32,000 nucleotides of DNA from Candidatus Kuenenia stuttgartensis (lineage in GTDB: Bacteria; Planctomycetota; Brocadiia; Brocadiales; Brocadiaceae): NCBI RefSeq assembly GCF_900232105.1, contig NZ_LT934425.1, positions 750,001-782,000 on the forward strand. Direction: 5' to 3'. The notes below the pieces were generated by a model. That model did not search any database. It saw only the letters and a program-made list of their open reading frames with translations, and was not told the origin of the DNA. Below are positions 9,463 to 18,447 of the stretch, one piece after another (the stretch's first letter is position 1; every line of letters starts with the position of its first letter). Made by a program: the position numbers and the translations under genes.

Positions 9463-10464
9463 ATGCAATACGGCAATCTTAATTACTTATACCTGCTTTT
9501 CATTGTACCTGTTCTGGCTATAGGGTATATACTCTTCTTTCAAAGAAGAATGAGAGATTTAAACCGGTTTGCCAGTCTCGATCTGTTGAAGATGGCAGGC
9601 TTTTCCCTTAGCAGAAAAAAACAATGGCTCAAGGCTGTTCTGATGATTATTGGAGTCCTCTTTCTTATCATCACACTCATAGAGCCCAAATGGGGATATC
9701 ATTGGGAAGAGGTGGAAAAAAAGGGCATTGATATTATGATTGCGGTTGATACTTCCCGAAGTATGCTGGCAGATGATGTAAAACCAAACCGCCTGGAAGT
9801 CGCAAAACGGGAAATTGAAGACCTGTTGAAAATACTGGAAGGCGACCGTGTCGGGTTGATTGCATTTGCGGGTAGGGCGTTTACTTATTGTCCACTCACC
9901 TCTGATTATAGCGCATTCCGGCTTTTTTTGAATGATTTGAATGTAAACATTATCCCCGTAGGCGGGACTGCAATAGCCGAGGCGATTTATAAGGGCATCG
10001 ACGCCTTTGGCGAAAACGAGAACAACCATAAAGCAATGATAATAATTACCGATGGGGAAAACCACGAAACCGATCCATTAAAAGCGGCAAGTAAAGCAAA
10101 AGAAAAGGGGATAGTCATCTATACGGTCGGCGTTGGCAAAAAAGAAGGGTCGTACATCAAAATCATTGATGAACAGGGAAAAGAGACTTTATTAAAAGAC
10201 GCACATGGGCAGGTAGTAAAATCAAGGCTGGACGAAATAACCCTGAATAAAATAGCGCTTGAAACAGGCGGACTTTATACACCCGCATATGGTACTAAAT
10301 GGGGACTGGCGAAGATTTATAATGAAAGCTTCGCACAAATAGAAGGGTCTGTTTACAAGACACAAAGGGTTAAAAAATATGTAAACCGGTTTCAGATCCC
10401 CCTTTTCTTTGCCATTATTTTCATATGCCTCGAATGTTTTGTGAAAGAAACGAAATACTCTTGA
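9463..10464 (+). CDS. VWA-domain membrane protein (BatB-like)
   Basis: 333 aa; MIDAS motif DTSRSM, DVKPNRLEVAKREIEDLLKILEGDRVGLIAFAGRAF, two N-terminal TMs and one C-terminal TM. Confidence 0.9.
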   Translation: MQYGNLNYLYLLFIVPVLAIGYILFFQRRMRDLNRFASLDLLKMAGFSLSRKKQWLKAVLMIIGVLFLIITLIEPKWGYHWEEVEKKGIDIMIAVDTSRSMLADDVKPNRLEVAKREIEDLLKILEGDRVGLIAFAGRAFTYCPLTSDYSAFRLFLNDLNVNIIPVGGTAIAEAIYKGIDAFGENENNHKAMIIITDGENHETDPLKAASKAKEKGIVIYTVGVGKKEGSYIKIIDEQGKETLLKDAHGQVVKSRLDEITLNKIALETGGLYTPAYGTKWGLAKIYNESFAQIEGSVYKTQRVKKYVNRFQIPLFFAIIFICLECFVKETKYS

Positions 10465-10480
10465 GAGAAAAAAGGATTCT

Positions 10481-11362
10481 ATGACGAATGTGCTGCCTTT
10501 CATTATAAGCGGTTGGTTGTTTCTCGGCTGGATAGACCCCTTTGCCGATCAGGTCCGGCAGGGAAATGAACTCTATAAAAACGGAAATTATGACCAAGCC
10601 CTGGAAAAATATCTTAACGTACAGGTAGATTCCCCAGATGTTCCGCAATTGAGTTTTAATGTTGCTGATACGCAATACAAGCGGGGTAAATACGATGAAG
10701 CACTTAAATCATTTGAGAAGGTGCTGAAAACGGGAACCCCGGAAATGCAGGCGAAAACCAGTTTTAACATAGGAAACACACTCTATAAGCAGGGGAAGAT
10801 GGGCGAGGCATTAGACTGGTATAAAAAAACGGTTGATATTATTGATGAAATAGCACCAAAAAAAGGCGGTGAACTTGAACAATTAAAAAACGATGCAATG
10901 TATAATCATGAATTTGTCGAAAAAAAATTAGAGGAACAGCAACAACAGGGGCAGGATAATCAACAGGAACAGGAACAAGAACATAAACAAAGTGAACAGG
11001 AACAGCAAAATGACCAGAACGAAGGCGATGATCAATCTGCTGAAAATAAAGAACAAGAGGGTAAGGAACAAGAACCGGATGGAGGTAACCAGCCATCCGA
11101 AGATAAGCAGGAAGAAGATTTAAACAAGGAGAATGAACAACCTTCTCACGCGAATGAAGAGCAGCAGCAGCAGCAGCAGCAGAAAGATAAACCTCCTACA
11201 CAGCAGCAGGATGCGCAAACCCAGGAAGAGGGAAATCGACAAATGTCGAAAGAAGAAGCGGAGCGTATTCTTGATGCGTTGAATCAGGTTGAAAAAGAGG
11301 CGAGACCAGTAAACAGAGAAAAACAACACCAGCCACACAGGTCGGTAGAAAAAGACTGGTAA
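10481..11362 (+). CDS. TPR protein with Gln/Glu-rich C-terminus (BatC-like)
   Basis: 293 aa; TPRs DVPQLSFNVADTQYKRGKYDEALKSFEKVL and TSFNIGNTLYKQGKMGEALDWYKKTV followed by a poly-Q/E low-complexity tail. Confidence 0.85.
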   Translation: MTNVLPFIISGWLFLGWIDPFADQVRQGNELYKNGNYDQALEKYLNVQVDSPDVPQLSFNVADTQYKRGKYDEALKSFEKVLKTGTPEMQAKTSFNIGNTLYKQGKMGEALDWYKKTVDIIDEIAPKKGGELEQLKNDAMYNHEFVEKKLEEQQQQGQDNQQEQEQEHKQSEQEQQNDQNEGDDQSAENKEQEGKEQEPDGGNQPSEDKQEEDLNKENEQPSHANEEQQQQQQQKDKPPTQQQDAQTQEEGNRQMSKEEAERILDALNQVEKEARPVNREKQHQPHRSVEKDW

Positions 11363-11394
11363 TTCCTAAGCTGGTAAAGCCGGAACCAAAAAAG
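11361..11394 (+). repeat. Short dispersed repeat copy (aattcctaagcYggYaWagccRgaaccaaa)
   Basis: AATTCCTAAGCTGGTAAAGCCGGAACCAAAAAAG resembles 18460-18493 AATTCCTAAGCCGGCATAGCCAGAACCAAACTAG; it overlaps the last two bases of the upstream stop codon. Confidence 0.5.
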
Positions 11395-11435
11395 TACTAA
11401 TACATCGTTTCGTTAAAATGTGTACTTAAAAAAAT

Positions 11436-11515
11436 GTCATTGCGAGGAGTGGAGCGACTAAGCAATCTCTTGTTCCTAAAAGACTTAAGATTGCTTCGCT
11501 GTCGCTCGCAATGAC
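11436..11515. repeat. Palindromic intergenic element, gtcattgcgag...ctcgcaatgac type
   Basis: gtcattgcgaggagtggagcgactaagcaatct (11436-11468) is an imperfect inverted copy of agattgcttcgctgtcgctcgcaatgac (11488-11515). Confidence 0.75.
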
Positions 11516-11570
11516 GGTATCAATGTAGATATTTTAATTAAACATTATACTAGATAAAAAATATGAAGCA

Positions 11571-11689
11571 CGAAATACGAAACAAATTCTAAATTTCAAT
11601 TCCACCCCCTGCACCCCCGCCAGCAGGGGACATTTTCCCCTTTTGGAGGGGGTTGAGAGGGAGGATTTTAGAATTTGTTTCGCATTTCG
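11571..11689. repeat. Inverted-repeat element with cgaaatacgaaacaaattctaaa arms
   Basis: Left arm 11571-11593 cgaaatacgaaacaaattctaaa; right arm 11667-11689 tttagaatttgtttcgcatttcg; 22/23 complementary positions; GC-rich C/G-tract core between them. Confidence 0.75.
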
Positions 11690-11821
11690 GATTTTACCAT
11701 TAAATGTTTTGCCAAAAAGCACGCACTGACGAATGGAAGTGTGCAAAGAAATTACTGATAAGGTGCTAATTCAGAGTGGAGCGGTAAATAGGAATTTATT
11801 TGGTATAGGAAATATTTTAAA

Positions 11822-13663
11822 ATGAAGAAACTTACAGGCTTTGTTTGGCTTTTTATGTTACTGGCAATTATTTTCGGAGGCATGGAAAAGGTATATGCCT
11901 CGGAGATTGGTTTAACCGTCACGGTAGATAAAAACATATTAACATTGGACGATAAGTTGAAACTCACATTGACCGTCTACGGCGCACAGGATGTATCTCA
12001 GCCAACATTCCCGGAAATAGAAGGCTTTAGCGTGTTGTATGGACCTCAAATTACCGCACAGACGCGAATAATCAACGGGGAGGTATCGATAAGCAAGGGA
12101 TACACCTATATGTTGCAACCCGTTGCAAAGGGCAAATACACCATCGGCTCATCAACTCTGACGCACAACGGAAGGCAATATACCTCAAATCCGATAAATA
12201 TTGAAGTGATAGAATCAAAACCTTCCACAGGCACAAAAACGATTGATCTTGATAAGTTGGTTTTTGTGGAATTGTATACGGATAAAGATGCGGCATATTT
12301 ATATGAACAGGTAACCCTTTACTTCCGGCTCTATTTCCAGAAAGGATTGCCGGTTGCTGATATTGATTACACTGCGCCTGCTACAAGAAATTTTATGGAA
12401 GAAAAACTGGGTGACCAGCGCCAATATGAAGTAGTAAGGGATGGCATACTCTATAGTGTACTGGAACTGCGCACCGCGATATTTCCAATAGTGTCTGGAG
12501 AATTGGCAATAACGCCGGCAAAAGTAAAATGTAACTTAATTGTTCAGGAACAGAGGAATCGCAGGGGGACGCCGTTTGATGATTTTTTTAACGATTCATT
12601 TTTTGATGACTTTTTTGGCAGTGGACAAAGGAAATATCCCGTAGAAAGGACAACAAACCCTGTTCTCTTAAAAATAAAACCTTTGCCGGAAGACGGAAAA
12701 CCAAAGGAATTTAAAGGCGCCGTGGGAAATTTTAATATGGAAGCTTCCGTTAAAACATCCCGGGTAAGGATAGGAGACCCGATAACATTGTCTATTTCTG
12801 TATATGGAGACGGGTATATTCAGACCATAAATGAACCTGAGCTGGCATTCAATAATGACGAAGATTTTAAGGTTTATCCCGCAGAAGCAACTACACAAAT
12901 TACCAATAGAGAAGAAGTTCTTCGCGGCAGAAAAGTATTCAGCAAGGTAATTGAACCACAAAATACAGAGGTAAGAAACATCCCTGCAATCGTATTCAGC
13001 TATTTCGATCCTCGTGAAAATCAATATAAAACAATTACAAAAGAACCGATTCCTATCACGGTGGATTCATGGGAACAGGAAATACCCATTCAATTGGCAC
13101 ACTCTCTGGAAAAATCGCCGTCTTCCCGGCGGCAGGTACAGTTGCTAACACAGGATATCCTCCCCATCATGACCAATCTTTCTTCTTTGAAGAATCAGGG
13201 AAATCCTCTCTATAAAAACCCCTTCATCGTAGGAGGCCTTTTTCTTCCCGCTATTGCCCTGGCAACCACTTTTTTTGTTGTACGGCATAAAGACCGTCTT
13301 CAAACGGATATCGGTTATGCGAGAAACAGAAGGGCACGTTCCGTGGCAAACAAAAGACTCACCCTTGCGCAATCTGCGCTTTTTGGGGATTCATCCCCCA
13401 TGTTTTATGCATACCTTTCCAGGGGAATTACCGAATACCTTGCGGATAAATTCAATATTCCCGCCGCAAGCGCGTCGGGTGGAAAAGTGGAGGAATTGCT
13501 GCGAAATAACAGAGTTTCGGATGACGTCATTGCTGAAGTAGCCCAATGCCTGTCTGATTTTGATTACCGCAGGTTTTCCAGCGACGCCGGCACGATAAAT
13601 GAGAGGGAAAACTCTTTAAAGGTTGCAGCGCAGCTCATTACAAAATTGGAGAAACAACTATGA
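11822..13663 (+). CDS. BatD-family (aerotolerance) protein
   Basis: 613 aa; signal peptide, IGLTVTVDKNILTLDDKLKLTLTVYGAQDVSQPTFPEIEGFSVLYGPQITAQTRIINGEVS, second repeat VGNFNMEASVKTSRVRIGDPITLSISVYGDG, C-terminal TM. Confidence 0.9.
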   Translation: MKKLTGFVWLFMLLAIIFGGMEKVYASEIGLTVTVDKNILTLDDKLKLTLTVYGAQDVSQPTFPEIEGFSVLYGPQITAQTRIINGEVSISKGYTYMLQPVAKGKYTIGSSTLTHNGRQYTSNPINIEVIESKPSTGTKTIDLDKLVFVELYTDKDAAYLYEQVTLYFRLYFQKGLPVADIDYTAPATRNFMEEKLGDQRQYEVVRDGILYSVLELRTAIFPIVSGELAITPAKVKCNLIVQEQRNRRGTPFDDFFNDSFFDDFFGSGQRKYPVERTTNPVLLKIKPLPEDGKPKEFKGAVGNFNMEASVKTSRVRIGDPITLSISVYGDGYIQTINEPELAFNNDEDFKVYPAEATTQITNREEVLRGRKVFSKVIEPQNTEVRNIPAIVFSYFDPRENQYKTITKEPIPITVDSWEQEIPIQLAHSLEKSPSSRRQVQLLTQDILPIMTNLSSLKNQGNPLYKNPFIVGGLFLPAIALATTFFVVRHKDRLQTDIGYARNRRARSVANKRLTLAQSALFGDSSPMFYAYLSRGITEYLADKFNIPAASASGGKVEELLRNNRVSDDVIAEVAQCLSDFDYRRFSSDAGTINERENSLKVAAQLITKLEKQL

Positions 13664-14529
13664 TTCGAACACAATTCCAAATATTCATTTTTGTTATACT
13701 GTTTATTTTCGGAGGGGTGGCATTTGCAGATGCCCTTTTGAAGGATGAGGTGATAAAAATGTTTACCGCTGCAAACGAAGACCATTTGCAGGCCATGAAG
13801 CTCATAGCGGAAAAGAAACTTCCGGAAGCAAATAAAAAACTCGAAGAAGCCGCGCTACAGTATGAGATAATCCTTTCCAAAGGTTTTCGGCACGGCCAGA
13901 TTCACTATAACCTCGGAAATACTTACTATCGTTTGGGAGAAGTGGGCAAAGCAATTTTAAACTATCGAAAAGCCGAGAGGTTGATGCCGGGAAACGCAGA
14001 GATTAAAGCAAACCTGAGACTGGCAAAAAACTCCATCGAAGACAAAGAGGTTATTCATGAGACGCCGGCAGTCATTCAACGGATATTTTTCTGGTTTTTC
14101 CTCTTGAATCAGAGTGGACTCGCGGTCTTTTCGGTATTAATTTATGTAATGACCATGTTGTTACTTATTGCGTTGGTGATTTTAAAATATAGATGGTTGA
14201 AACGTCTTATCGTAGGCTTCGCGGTTGGATTGCTGATCGCTGTTGTATCGCTGGGAATAAAAATGTACGTGGAACGGGGCATTGATCACGGAGTGATAAT
14301 AGCAAAAAATTGTTTGGTGCGGTATGGTCCAGGGGAAGAATATGAAACGAAATATGAAATTCACGAAGGGGCGGAATGTGTCATTGAACAAGTAAAAGGG
14401 CAATGGTATAAGGTATATGTGCATGTAGGTATAAAACAGGGAGATCCCCTGCGGGCTGATGCTGATAAAAAAGAGGATAAGGAAATAAGAAGGGGCTGGC
14501 TGCACAAAGACGCCGTGGGCATCATTTAG
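13660..14529 (+). CDS. TPR and SH3-like domain membrane protein (BatE-like)
   Basis: 289 aa; overlaps the previous stop as ATGA; TPR HYNLGNTYYRLGEVGKAILNYRKAERLMP, two TMs, SH3-like NCLVRYGPGEEYETKYEIHEGAECVIEQVKGQWYKVYV. Confidence 0.88.
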   Translation: MIRTQFQIFIFVILFIFGGVAFADALLKDEVIKMFTAANEDHLQAMKLIAEKKLPEANKKLEEAALQYEIILSKGFRHGQIHYNLGNTYYRLGEVGKAILNYRKAERLMPGNAEIKANLRLAKNSIEDKEVIHETPAVIQRIFFWFFLLNQSGLAVFSVLIYVMTMLLLIALVILKYRWLKRLIVGFAVGLLIAVVSLGIKMYVERGIDHGVIIAKNCLVRYGPGEEYETKYEIHEGAECVIEQVKGQWYKVYVHVGIKQGDPLRADADKKEDKEIRRGWLHKDAVGII

Positions 14530-14826
14530 TAGCGACGTGCCGGGTCTTCAGGCAGATAGAGATATGGGGGGTTAATAATCAGTGGATTTTAATCGTACAA
14601 AATCTGTGGTCACTGCAATTGTGAAAATCCAAAATACTAAACACGAAATCCGAAACAACTTCTAATGACAAAATGATTTGAAATTCTAAACGAGAGTATC
14701 TTTCGTATCTCGCTTTTCGTGCTTCATATTATTGCCTGCCTGTGCGTGATCTCATGCAGACAGGGATGTTTTGGATTTGTTTTGAATTTTATACTTTGTT
14801 ATTCGGATTTGTTTCGTATTTCGGGA

Positions 14827-14958
14827 GCATTCCCGATTTTTTGTAAGCGTTCATGGAGTTGGAGCAAAACAACCCTGACAGGGTTTGAAACCCTGTCAGG
14901 GTTAACACTACTGTACGTTTTATTAAAACAGGCGGAAGTCACAAAAAATCGGGAATGC
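14827..14958. repeat. Nested inverted-repeat element with 33-nt AACCCTGACAGGGTTTGAAACCCTGTCAGGGTT palindrome at its centre
   Basis: Outer arms gcattcccgattttttgt (14827-14844) and acaaaaaatcgggaatgc (14941-14958) are perfectly complementary over 18 nt; inner 33-nt near-perfect palindrome at 14871-14903. Confidence 0.8.
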
Positions 14959-15043
14959 ACCCCGTATTTCGTATTTTTTATTTCTTGTTTGTTTGGTTCT
15001 TGGCTATGCCATCTCAGGAATTTTAACATTTTTGGAGTTTATA

Positions 15044-15166
15044 ATGGGCGGAATATACGGCAAATTAACGATTACCGCATTTATTTTATTTGTGGCAATC
15101 CAGGTCGGTTTTATTATCATGTGCGCAGCGTTTGGCAGAAGAAATAAAAATGTCTTAAAACCATAG
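15044..15166 (+). CDS. Small single-TM peptide
   Basis: 40 aa MGGIYGKLTITAFILFVAIQVGFIIMCAAFGRRNKNVLKP; GGAG 6 nt before the ATG; hydrophobic core followed by a basic tail. Confidence 0.4.
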   Translation: MGGIYGKLTITAFILFVAIQVGFIIMCAAFGRRNKNVLKP

Positions 15167-15220
15167 AAATAGTAAAACGTAAGATAAAGTAAAAACGGCT
15201 GAATTATTTAGGGGATTTTT

Positions 15221-15458
15221 ATGAAGACAATTAATTTAAAAGCTCATTTTGATGGCAAAAAAATACTTTTAGATGAACCATTTGACATTGAACCAGATAC
15301 AAAACTCATCATAACTGTTTTGCCGAAGCACTTGGATGAAGAGCGGTAAGACTGGATGGTCATCTATACAAAGAGGCTTGCAACAGGCTTGTGGAAAAAA
15401 TGAGCCAGAATATTCTACGGATTTAATAAAATTGGAGGAGAAAAATGACAGAGATTGA
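15221..15458 (+). pseudogene. Decayed short antitoxin-like gene; the intact N-terminal 42-aa ORF is 15221..15349
   Basis: AGGGG upstream; MKTINLKAHFDGKKILLDEPFDIEPDTKLIITVLPKHLDEER then TAA (15347-15349). Downstream coding-like text in another frame (from 15387) reads ACGKNEPEYSTDLIKLEEKNDR. Confidence 0.5.
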
Positions 15459-15864
15459 TAAGCAAGACGAAAGAATTGGTTTCATCTTTGGTGGTGAGAT
15501 TCCAGATGTCACGGAAGAATCTTTAGCGACATATCTGACCTACTTAAAGGAGCATATCGAATTGCCATGTGAGCTAACCGGCATCGAAGATTTTGATTGG
15601 GAAGAGTATTATGTGATTGGTCCAGGAGACCAAAAGGAGTATGAGAAGCTAAAAAAGACCAAACCCTCTTATACTGATAAGTACGATATGCTCTCGTTAG
15701 CAACTGAAGTAGATGAATGGGTGGGGATTTTGGTCAATTTGAAGCGAGTCTCAGATAAGAAGAAATTCACTTTACCATTAGCGGAGCTGAAAGCAACAGA
15801 TGAGAAATTGAAGAACTATCAGTTGCTGGATGATTATTCTGTCTGGTTTGTAAATAATCGATAG
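15445..15864 (+). CDS. Hypothetical acidic protein
   Basis: 139 aa, GGAGG upstream; no family assigned with confidence. Confidence 0.75.
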   Translation: MTEIDKQDERIGFIFGGEIPDVTEESLATYLTYLKEHIELPCELTGIEDFDWEEYYVIGPGDQKEYEKLKKTKPSYTDKYDMLSLATEVDEWVGILVNLKRVSDKKKFTLPLAELKATDEKLKNYQLLDDYSVWFVNNR

Positions 15865-16019
15865 CAAAGCGGTAAACAGGTATTGGTGATTGTGTGGTGA
15901 ATCGCCGCATAACCGTTGCACACAGGTTGGGTCAAATGGGCAATTTTATCCTGTTTTTGCGATATGCATTCCCCACTTCAAAAAAATAGTACTGAATAGG
16001 GCATATGCTTCGCCCCTAC

Positions 16020-18413
16020 TTACTTTTTGTTTAGGAGAAGGCCGCCATTTGCCCTGTAAAAGAGGGAATCCCCCCGTACAACATCACAAAAGACGTCGCT
16101 CTCTCCCTGGTTGTCAAGCAGCATGCCTATGCCGGTGATTTCTTCTGTTTTTGACGGAAAGGAAAAACCCTGGCTGCTGTCCTTTGCCCGGTAAACGTCA
16201 TCTCCCTGAAAATCCGCCAACACTCCGATACCCTTCTCCATGCCCGCCCCCTGCGAGACGATTTCGCCCGTATAGATGTCATTCCCCATGGTATCAACAA
16301 GAAACCCTATGCCGGTATCGTGCCCACACCCCTGCGAAACGCCAAAAGAACACTCGTATTTGTCGTCACCCCCGTTATCCCCCAGTATTCCAATTGCAGA
16401 ATGTATGCCGGCGCCCTGGGCATAGCGGCTTGCATAGTAGGTATCGCTCCCTTCGGAATCAAACAATAACCCCATTGAAAAATAATATCCGCTGCCCTGA
16501 GAGAAATAGTCGCCATAATACCTGTCCGAGCCTTTTTTATCTATTAATATCCCTATGCCACCGGAAGCCCCCACTATGGTAGTTTCAGGTCTGATGCCCA
16601 TGCCCATTCCCTGCGACATGGATTGAAAGGATTTTTCAGGATCCCTGAAATCAGGGTATTTTCCGCCGGTAAAATAAAAATCGTTTCCATTATCATCTTC
16701 CAATATCCCTATTCCTTTTGTAAACCCGACTCCCTGCGAAAACTGGCGGCTGAAATAAACGTCGTTACCATTGGCGTCTATCAATTGTCCCAATCCAAAA
16801 AAACCAACCCCGCTATTCAACGCATTTCCGCTATAGAAATCATCGCCTTCATTATCTAGTAATAGCCCTACTCCAAATAAACCTGCTCCCTGCGCAAAAT
16901 CCCGTCCCAAATACTTGTCATCACCTTTAACATCCTCAAGAATACCAATTCCAAATCTGCCGGTTCCCTGAACAAATGATTTTGCGGCATTATACGTGTC
17001 ATTACCTGAAAAATCAATGCAAACGGAAACGGGTATTTCTTTACCCGATGCGCCTGCATTATTAGAATAATAATCATTTCCGCCAAGATCCACGATGACC
17101 GCTGCATCATTATAATAATAGGTAGCGCCGGTTCCACCGATGACGATCTTCCCTATGCTTGTATCCTGCACCAGTAAAACATCGCCGGCATAGTCATCGT
17201 CTCCCCCTGCTTCTTTACCGGAAGGAATTTTAATGTTATCTGCACCCTGGAGGAATGCTGGCAGGGTAAACGGCTGTAAAGCCGTTTGCGTCAGATCGCC
17301 GTCATATTTTTTTATATCTTCAATCCTGTGCAGCATCAGTGTTACGGCTTCAAATAATCCTGAAAGATCAACCTTTTGAGACAACTCAAGCACTCTTGCC
17401 ATATCGGATGGCTCAATAGTTTCTTCCTGAACCCATATTTTTTGAGCGGATTGATACAAAAAATCAAACTCATCCTCTGTTAAAGCGTCAAACACTTCCT
17501 TGATAAGCGAAACACAGGGGACAATATCATTGATGAGCCTTTGTATGCTTGCCTGCAAGTCCCCCTCATGGTTTATTTCTTCTCTTTCTGAAAATTCAAC
17601 ATCTAATAACTTTGCCGCAGACAGCACCTGGCCGGCAATGCTTTCTTCCAGAAAAAGATCCCGGATAATTTTACCGGTTTCATACGTATTCATTGGATTT
17701 TGCAGCGAATAATCTATTATGGACAAACGAAACGGATTTGATGCTTCATTTGTCTGATATCCTTCCCTTACGTAAACTTCCTCCCCTATTCTTTGAATAG
17801 TATCGCTGCACATTTTTCTATATGCCCTGTTTTCCATTACAAAGTCCATAAACGATTGCCCTTGTCCTTTTTTGGCACCTTGGGTTAAAAATGTTTTCGG
17901 GGATAAAACAGGGAGACTAACGGGTTTTTTCACATTTTTTAAAAGTTTTGCGATAAGCTCCGGCCTGCACTCAATTACATTGCCATCCCTTAAGACCGTC
18001 AGTGTCGGAACGGCTCCGGCGCCCATAGTTTCTATACTATTTTTGAACCTGATTAAATTCTTCCCTTCATTATCGACAAGAGGTTCATTGTTAATCTTTG
18101 TTATAATATCTCCCGTTTTCATGCCTGCCTTTTCTGCCGGAGAACCTTTTGTTGTTTCTACAACCAAAATGCCTTTGTCCTTTTCATTTTCCATAAAGAT
18201 GCCAATCCACCCCTTATTGAAATGTACCTTTTCCTTATCAAAGCCTGTCTCCGAAAGTTCAAAAAAATTTTCAGGAGAAAAGCTTACATCCCTGACTGAT
18301 ACCGGCACAGCCTCTTTTGCAAAGGCATGGTGAGGTAACATATTTACTGTAAGTGTACAAAAAAGGATTACCCTGTATAAAATTTTTATAACCATATTCA
18401 TATTCATCCTCAT
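16020..18413 (-). CDS. Secreted PDZ-domain protein with C-terminal Gly/Asp-rich tandem repeats
   Basis: 797 aa; signal peptide, PDZ-like GIFMENEKDKGILVVETTKGSPAEKAGMKTGDIITKINNEPL, then about ten ~33-aa repeats of GxGILxDxxGxDxYxxxxxxQGxG. Confidence 0.85.
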   Translation of the reverse strand: MRMNMNMVIKILYRVILFCTLTVNMLPHHAFAKEAVPVSVRDVSFSPENFFELSETGFDKEKVHFNKGWIGIFMENEKDKGILVVETTKGSPAEKAGMKTGDIITKINNEPLVDNEGKNLIRFKNSIETMGAGAVPTLTVLRDGNVIECRPELIAKLLKNVKKPVSLPVLSPKTFLTQGAKKGQGQSFMDFVMENRAYRKMCSDTIQRIGEEVYVREGYQTNEASNPFRLSIIDYSLQNPMNTYETGKIIRDLFLEESIAGQVLSAAKLLDVEFSEREEINHEGDLQASIQRLINDIVPCVSLIKEVFDALTEDEFDFLYQSAQKIWVQEETIEPSDMARVLELSQKVDLSGLFEAVTLMLHRIEDIKKYDGDLTQTALQPFTLPAFLQGADNIKIPSGKEAGGDDDYAGDVLLVQDTSIGKIVIGGTGATYYYNDAAVIVDLGGNDYYSNNAGASGKEIPVSVCIDFSGNDTYNAAKSFVQGTGRFGIGILEDVKGDDKYLGRDFAQGAGLFGVGLLLDNEGDDFYSGNALNSGVGFFGLGQLIDANGNDVYFSRQFSQGVGFTKGIGILEDDNGNDFYFTGGKYPDFRDPEKSFQSMSQGMGMGIRPETTIVGASGGIGILIDKKGSDRYYGDYFSQGSGYYFSMGLLFDSEGSDTYYASRYAQGAGIHSAIGILGDNGGDDKYECSFGVSQGCGHDTGIGFLVDTMGNDIYTGEIVSQGAGMEKGIGVLADFQGDDVYRAKDSSQGFSFPSKTEEITGIGMLLDNQGESDVFCDVVRGDSLFYRANGGLLLNKK

Positions 18414-18427
18414 TTATCTTCGTTCGT

Positions 18428-18447
18428 AACGAAGCAACCGCTTCGTT
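18428..18447. repeat. Hairpin in the 5' leader of the PDZ/repeat gene
   Basis: AACGAAGC-AACC-GCTTCGTT, 8-bp perfect stem and 4-nt loop, 15 nt before the gene start at 18413. Confidence 0.5.

Noticed and set aside
14719-15147. 142-aa plus-strand ORF and 76-aa antisense ORF over the repeat island
   Set aside because: Both run through palindromic repeats (the translation contains mirrored TLTGFETLSGLT text) and share no plausible domain; more likely incidental open frames.
16151-16582. Plus-strand ORF 143 aa opposite the repeats of the 797-aa protein
   Set aside because: Its periodicity simply mirrors the antisense of the Gly/Asp repeat DNA.
16020-17165. Classical RTX toxin assignment for the 797-aa protein
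   Set aside because: Repeats do not follow the GGxGxDxxx nonapeptide and no RTX secretion genes are visible nearby.
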